Of a DNA stretch of 64,000 nucleotides, positions 62,682 through 64,000 are shown one piece after another. Every line of letters begins with the position of its first letter. Position 1 is the stretch's first letter. The notes below the pieces were generated by a model that saw only the letters and a program-made list of their open reading frames with translations, was not told the origin of the DNA and searched no databases. This DNA comes from Anaerorhabdus sp. (GTDB lineage: Bacteria > Bacillota_I > Bacilli_A > Erysipelotrichales > Erysipelotrichaceae), in the NCBI RefSeq assembly GCF_036641015.1, contig NZ_JAVWFO010000001.1:16596-80595 (forward strand), given 5' to 3'. The position numbers and the translations under genes were made by a program.

Positions 62682-64000
62682 TTACTCATCGCCTCTTCTA
62701 ATTGGCGCTTCAAAATAAAATGTCGAACCTTCATTTAATTTTGAATTTACACCATATTTAAATTTATGTAATTCTAATATTTCTTTTACAATGGCCAATC
62801 CAATTCCTGATCCTTGCTCAACACGAGTATGTTCTTTATCCACTTTGTAATAGCGATCCCATATAAGTGATAATTGATTCTCATCTATACCCATTCCAAA
62901 ATCTTGAATCTCAATTCTTACATTATTATCAACAACAGATTGTCTAACAATTACTTTTCTTGAATCATTAGAATAGTTTATCGCATTATTAATAAAATTA
63001 TGTAATACTTGCATGAGCCTTGTTGAATCCGCAGTTATTTCAATTTCCTTATCATATATATATTCAATTTCAAATTTATTTTGTCTTAAATAAGTTTCAT
63101 ATGTTTTAATAACATCTTTAATACATTGTGTTAAATTTATTTGTTCTTTTTGTAAGTTAATTTTATTTTCACTTAATCGTGATAAATCTAATAAATCATT
63201 TACTATTAATGTTAATCGTTTAGATTCTTCAATAATAACTTTTAAATTATCATCCGTTTTTTCATCAGGTAAATCTAGCATCATTTCTCCATAGCCACTA
63301 ATCATAGTAAGTGGCGTTCTTAAATCGTGTGATACATTAGCGATAAGATCTCGTTTTGCTTGATCTGCTTTTTGTATTTGAACCGATGCATCAATTAAAG
63401 TGTCATTTAGGGCATGAACTTCTTGATATGCCTTTTCATTTATTGTGTTGTCATATGAACCTTTAGCTAAACTCTTCGAAGACTTTGTTATATCCGCTAT
63501 CGGCTTAACAATTTTTTTAGATAAGAAAAATGCTAACCCAATAGTACCTATAAATATTATCCCAGCAATTACAAACAGTTGATCAGACAACGTTTGAGTC
63601 GCAGCATTAATCCTAGTCACCCTTGAATTCACCAAAATAATATTAGGTGTACCAGTAGTTGACATAACAACTTTGGTATAAACTATATTTTTATCACCTT
63701 TATTTCTAGGTGTAAAAGAATCTGGATTATTAAAATTAAATGTCATTTCAATTAAATCTGTTTTAGCTAAATAACTTCCACCATTCTCTTGTGCCAATGA
63801 ATAATATTCATATAATTTATCCAACGGAATTCTATCTATTGAACATCCTGACAAATTATTAGAAGTGACATTATTAGTATCCGTAATAACCGATACACAT
63901 AAATCATTTTGTTTCGAAATAGATTCAACATATACATCTAAGTTTTCTTTATCAATTACTTTAGCTATATTATTCGCAACATCTTTAACAACATTAATTT
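62682..64000 (-). CDS. HAMP sensor histidine kinase (5' end outside window)
   Basis: SHDLRTPL, NFINNA, DFGMG, GSGIGL; frame stays open to the window edge. Confidence 0.93.
   Translation of the reverse strand, partial: INVVKDVANNIAKVIDKENLDVYVESISKQNDLCVSVITDTNNVTSNNLSGCSIDRIPLDKLYEYYSLAQENGGSYLAKTDLIEMTFNFNNPDSFTPRNKGDKNIVYTKVVMSTTGTPNIILVNSRVTRINAATQTLSDQLFVIAGIIFIGTIGLAFFLSKKIVKPIADITKSSKSLAKGSYDNTINEKAYQEVHALNDTLIDASVQIQKADQAKRDLIANVSHDLRTPLTMISGYGEMMLDLPDEKTDDNLKVIIEESKRLTLIVNDLLDLSRLSENKINLQKEQINLTQCIKDVIKTYETYLRQNKFEIEYIYDKEIEITADSTRLMQVLHNFINNAINYSNDSRKVIVRQSVVDNNVRIEIQDFGMGIDENQLSLIWDRYYKVDKEHTRVEQGSGIGLAIVKEILELHKFKYGVNSKLNEGSTFYFEAPIRRGDE

Overview
Low-GC Bacillota chromosomal segment, most consistent with Erysipelotrichia (TGS-less ThrRS, a tig-lon-engB block without clpPX, RNase HIII). 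Almost all genes are on the minus strand. It is mostly housekeeping: thrS and valS with T-box leaders, ppdK, engB, lon, tig, ldh, uvrC, mutS2, rnhC, lspA, a RluA-family gene, ktrAB, a DEAD-box helicase, rubrerythrin, several ABC systems and tRNA-Arg(UCU). An accessory stretch (~26-37 kb) holds a c-di-GMP synthase/phosphodiesterase pair, a DyP peroxidase and a pseudogenised agr-like locus. Notable observations: (1) PPDK carries a 154-aa histone-H1/HctB-like KKxxA tail with its own strong in-frame ribosome-binding site, so the locus may make both a fusion and a free histone-like protein. (2) An orphan 1636-aa coiled-coil protein lies upstream of the tig-lon cluster. (3) A RimJ/RimL-type GNAT is the first gene inside the Val T-box operon. 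(4) A riboswitch-like leader, possibly guanidine-IV class, precedes a MATE exporter. (5) A short uORF with an anti-SD switch precedes an alpha/beta hydrolase. (6) A VanY-like peptidase has lost two catalytic residues. No CRISPR array, integrase or transposase was seen. All calls come from reading the sequence; no searches were run.
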